Assembly: GCF_009914755.1 (NCBI RefSeq)
Contig: NC_060925.1
Origin: the human T2T-CHM13v2.0 reference genome, Homo sapiens
DNA length: 64,000 nt
Direction: 5' to 3' (one strand)
Shown here: piece by piece, positions 62,425 through 64,000 of the stretch
Layout of the letters: every line of letters starts with the position of its first letter
How positions within the stretch are numbered: position 1 is the stretch's first letter
Translations under genes and position numbers: made by a program
The notes under the pieces: generated by a model
Seen by the model: the letters and a program-made list of their open reading frames with translations, nothing else
Databases searched by the model: none
Told to the model about the DNA's origin: nothing

Positions 62425-64000
62425 CTCAGCATTCACTGGACATTCCAGTCCTGGCCCTAGTCACAGAGAGGAACAGTAACAGGGTCTCACCAGAGCCTTG
62501 CCATGCAGAAAGCTGACAGTTGGAAAATGCAGAAAGTAGGGCTCCCAGTTAATGGCAGTGAGGTGTGAAGGAAAGGACACAGGCTTTGAAGCCAAACACG
62601 GCTGAGTGTGAATCCCAGCTCTGCTCCTTACAACCTGAGTGACCATGGCCCCTCTGAGTTTAGTGCTTACTTCTGTGCCTGGAGCATGTAAGTCCTTCAG
62701 TCAACAGTGACTGCAGATGGGGTGGAGGGTGGGCAGCAGGGCGGGTGACTACAGCTGGAACAGGCTCAGTCCCTGGGGACCACGTGCTGCACCTCAACCA
62801 GTGGTCCCCAGAGGTGAAGTTGTTCGAGGTCCCTCCTGAGTGTGCAAAGTGAGGACTGTAGTGGAGAAGGCGGGGGGCTCAAGTCTCCCAGGAGCTGCCT
62901 CTCTCTACCCCAATCTGTGCTCGAATCAGCTCCCTTCATGGCCTGAGAGTGGGAAATTCAGGGCACAGAAAAGCAAGGAGTGCTCTTCTCAGCAGGCTCA
63001 GAGCTGACAGAGAAGGGTTCCCGAGACAGAACAGATGCAGCTGTCCAGAGGACCTGGCATCATTCTCAGAACAGACATGCCAGGAAGTTTCTAAGTGAGG
63101 AGCCCCCAGGTGTGGAGGGACCTGTGCTCATCTCCTGAAGCTGTGAGGCCTTGTAGAGTCAGCAAATTGGCTGATGACCAGAGCAGACAAAGGCCTTGCC
63201 CAAGGTCACACAGCCATTGGCAGCAGAGCCAAGACTACAAACCTAGACTTCTGCTTCTTGAAGCAGGGCTGATGTAACTGGGTGTGGCCTTGCTACAGAT
63301 GACCACTCACTCCTTACATGCCTCCCTGCATCAGGCCTGGTGCCCAGTAAAGAAATGGATCAATGCATTGTCTCCAGAAAGCTTGTAGGCAGCTCTCCAG
63401 CAGCACTGGCCCGGCCTGGATGCAGTGTCACTTGCAAATACTACTTAAAGCACGTGTAGTGCCTTTCAGAGAAGCCATCAGCCAGGAGGCAGCCCTGTGA
63501 CTAGAATCAAGCCCAGATGCAGTCATTCCAAATGACAGAAAGAGAACAGCACTTGCTCACACTGACTGCAGATCTACGCAGTGCTCATCGGGAGTGGTGG
63601 GAGGTGCTGAAGTGTCCTCTAGTCTCCTGGCTTTTCATGACAGCCCTGTGAGGTAGAGAGAGCTGTCCCTATTCTGCAGATGTGGACACTGAGCTAAGAG
63701 AGGCACAGTGACTTGCCCTCAGCCACACAGCTAGTAGGAGGTGACACCATATCACACTGAAGATCATCCTGCCCAGGCTTGCGGATTTAAACTTCCATGT
63801 TTTAAAGCATCTACGGATTTTATTAACTGTACCTTCCCTGCCTGTGGGCTCAAAAGATGGCCAGCAGAAGAAGCATAGTTTGCCTGAAGCAAACAGAAAA
63901 TAGTAAAAGTCAAGCTAAGGGAAAATAATCAGTCGGTCTGGGGGTTTGGAAGGATAGCTGTTGACAAGCAGGCAGTGGCAGGGTTGGGGAGGGCCAGGGA

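Larger units (their letters stand above)
41144..64000 (-). other. HIVEP3: Large HIVEP3 intron (upstream exon lies beyond the window)
   Basis: The exon at 41143 needs a phase-2 upstream exon (paralogues read ...IFEG-G-YKSNE); I found no such sequence in the remaining 22.9 kb. Confidence 0.8.

Overview
Mammalian genomic DNA that matches human chr1p34 by recognised protein sequence. Both genes lie on the minus strand. Left end: promoter and first two coding exons of EDN2 (prepro-endothelin-2, including the whole mature ET-2 peptide). About 22.6-41.1 kb: the 3' UTR and last four coding exons of HIVEP3 (Schnurri-3/ZAS3; C-terminal C2H2 zinc-finger pair, acidic and Ser/Pro-rich tail). Everything above 41.1 kb is inferred to be one large HIVEP3 intron. 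Non-coding DNA is MIR-rich with a few MaLR LTRs, strikingly Alu-poor, and carries three very large simple/VNTR arrays. Almost all ORFs in the track are spurious. Best leads: (1) an unexplained ~135-bp, ~93%-identical inverted repeat in a HIVEP3 intron; (2) two CpG-rich elements upstream of EDN2 sharing HRE/E-box + CArG + GC-box + CCAAT grammar; (3) two near-identical extended CTCF-like motifs 14 kb apart; (4) a 3.9-kb array that fills the pre-mRNA with perfect 5' splice-site decoys; (5) a frameshifted coding-like relic at ~58.4-59.0 kb whose parent I cannot name. No new multi-gene system is demonstrable from sequence alone.
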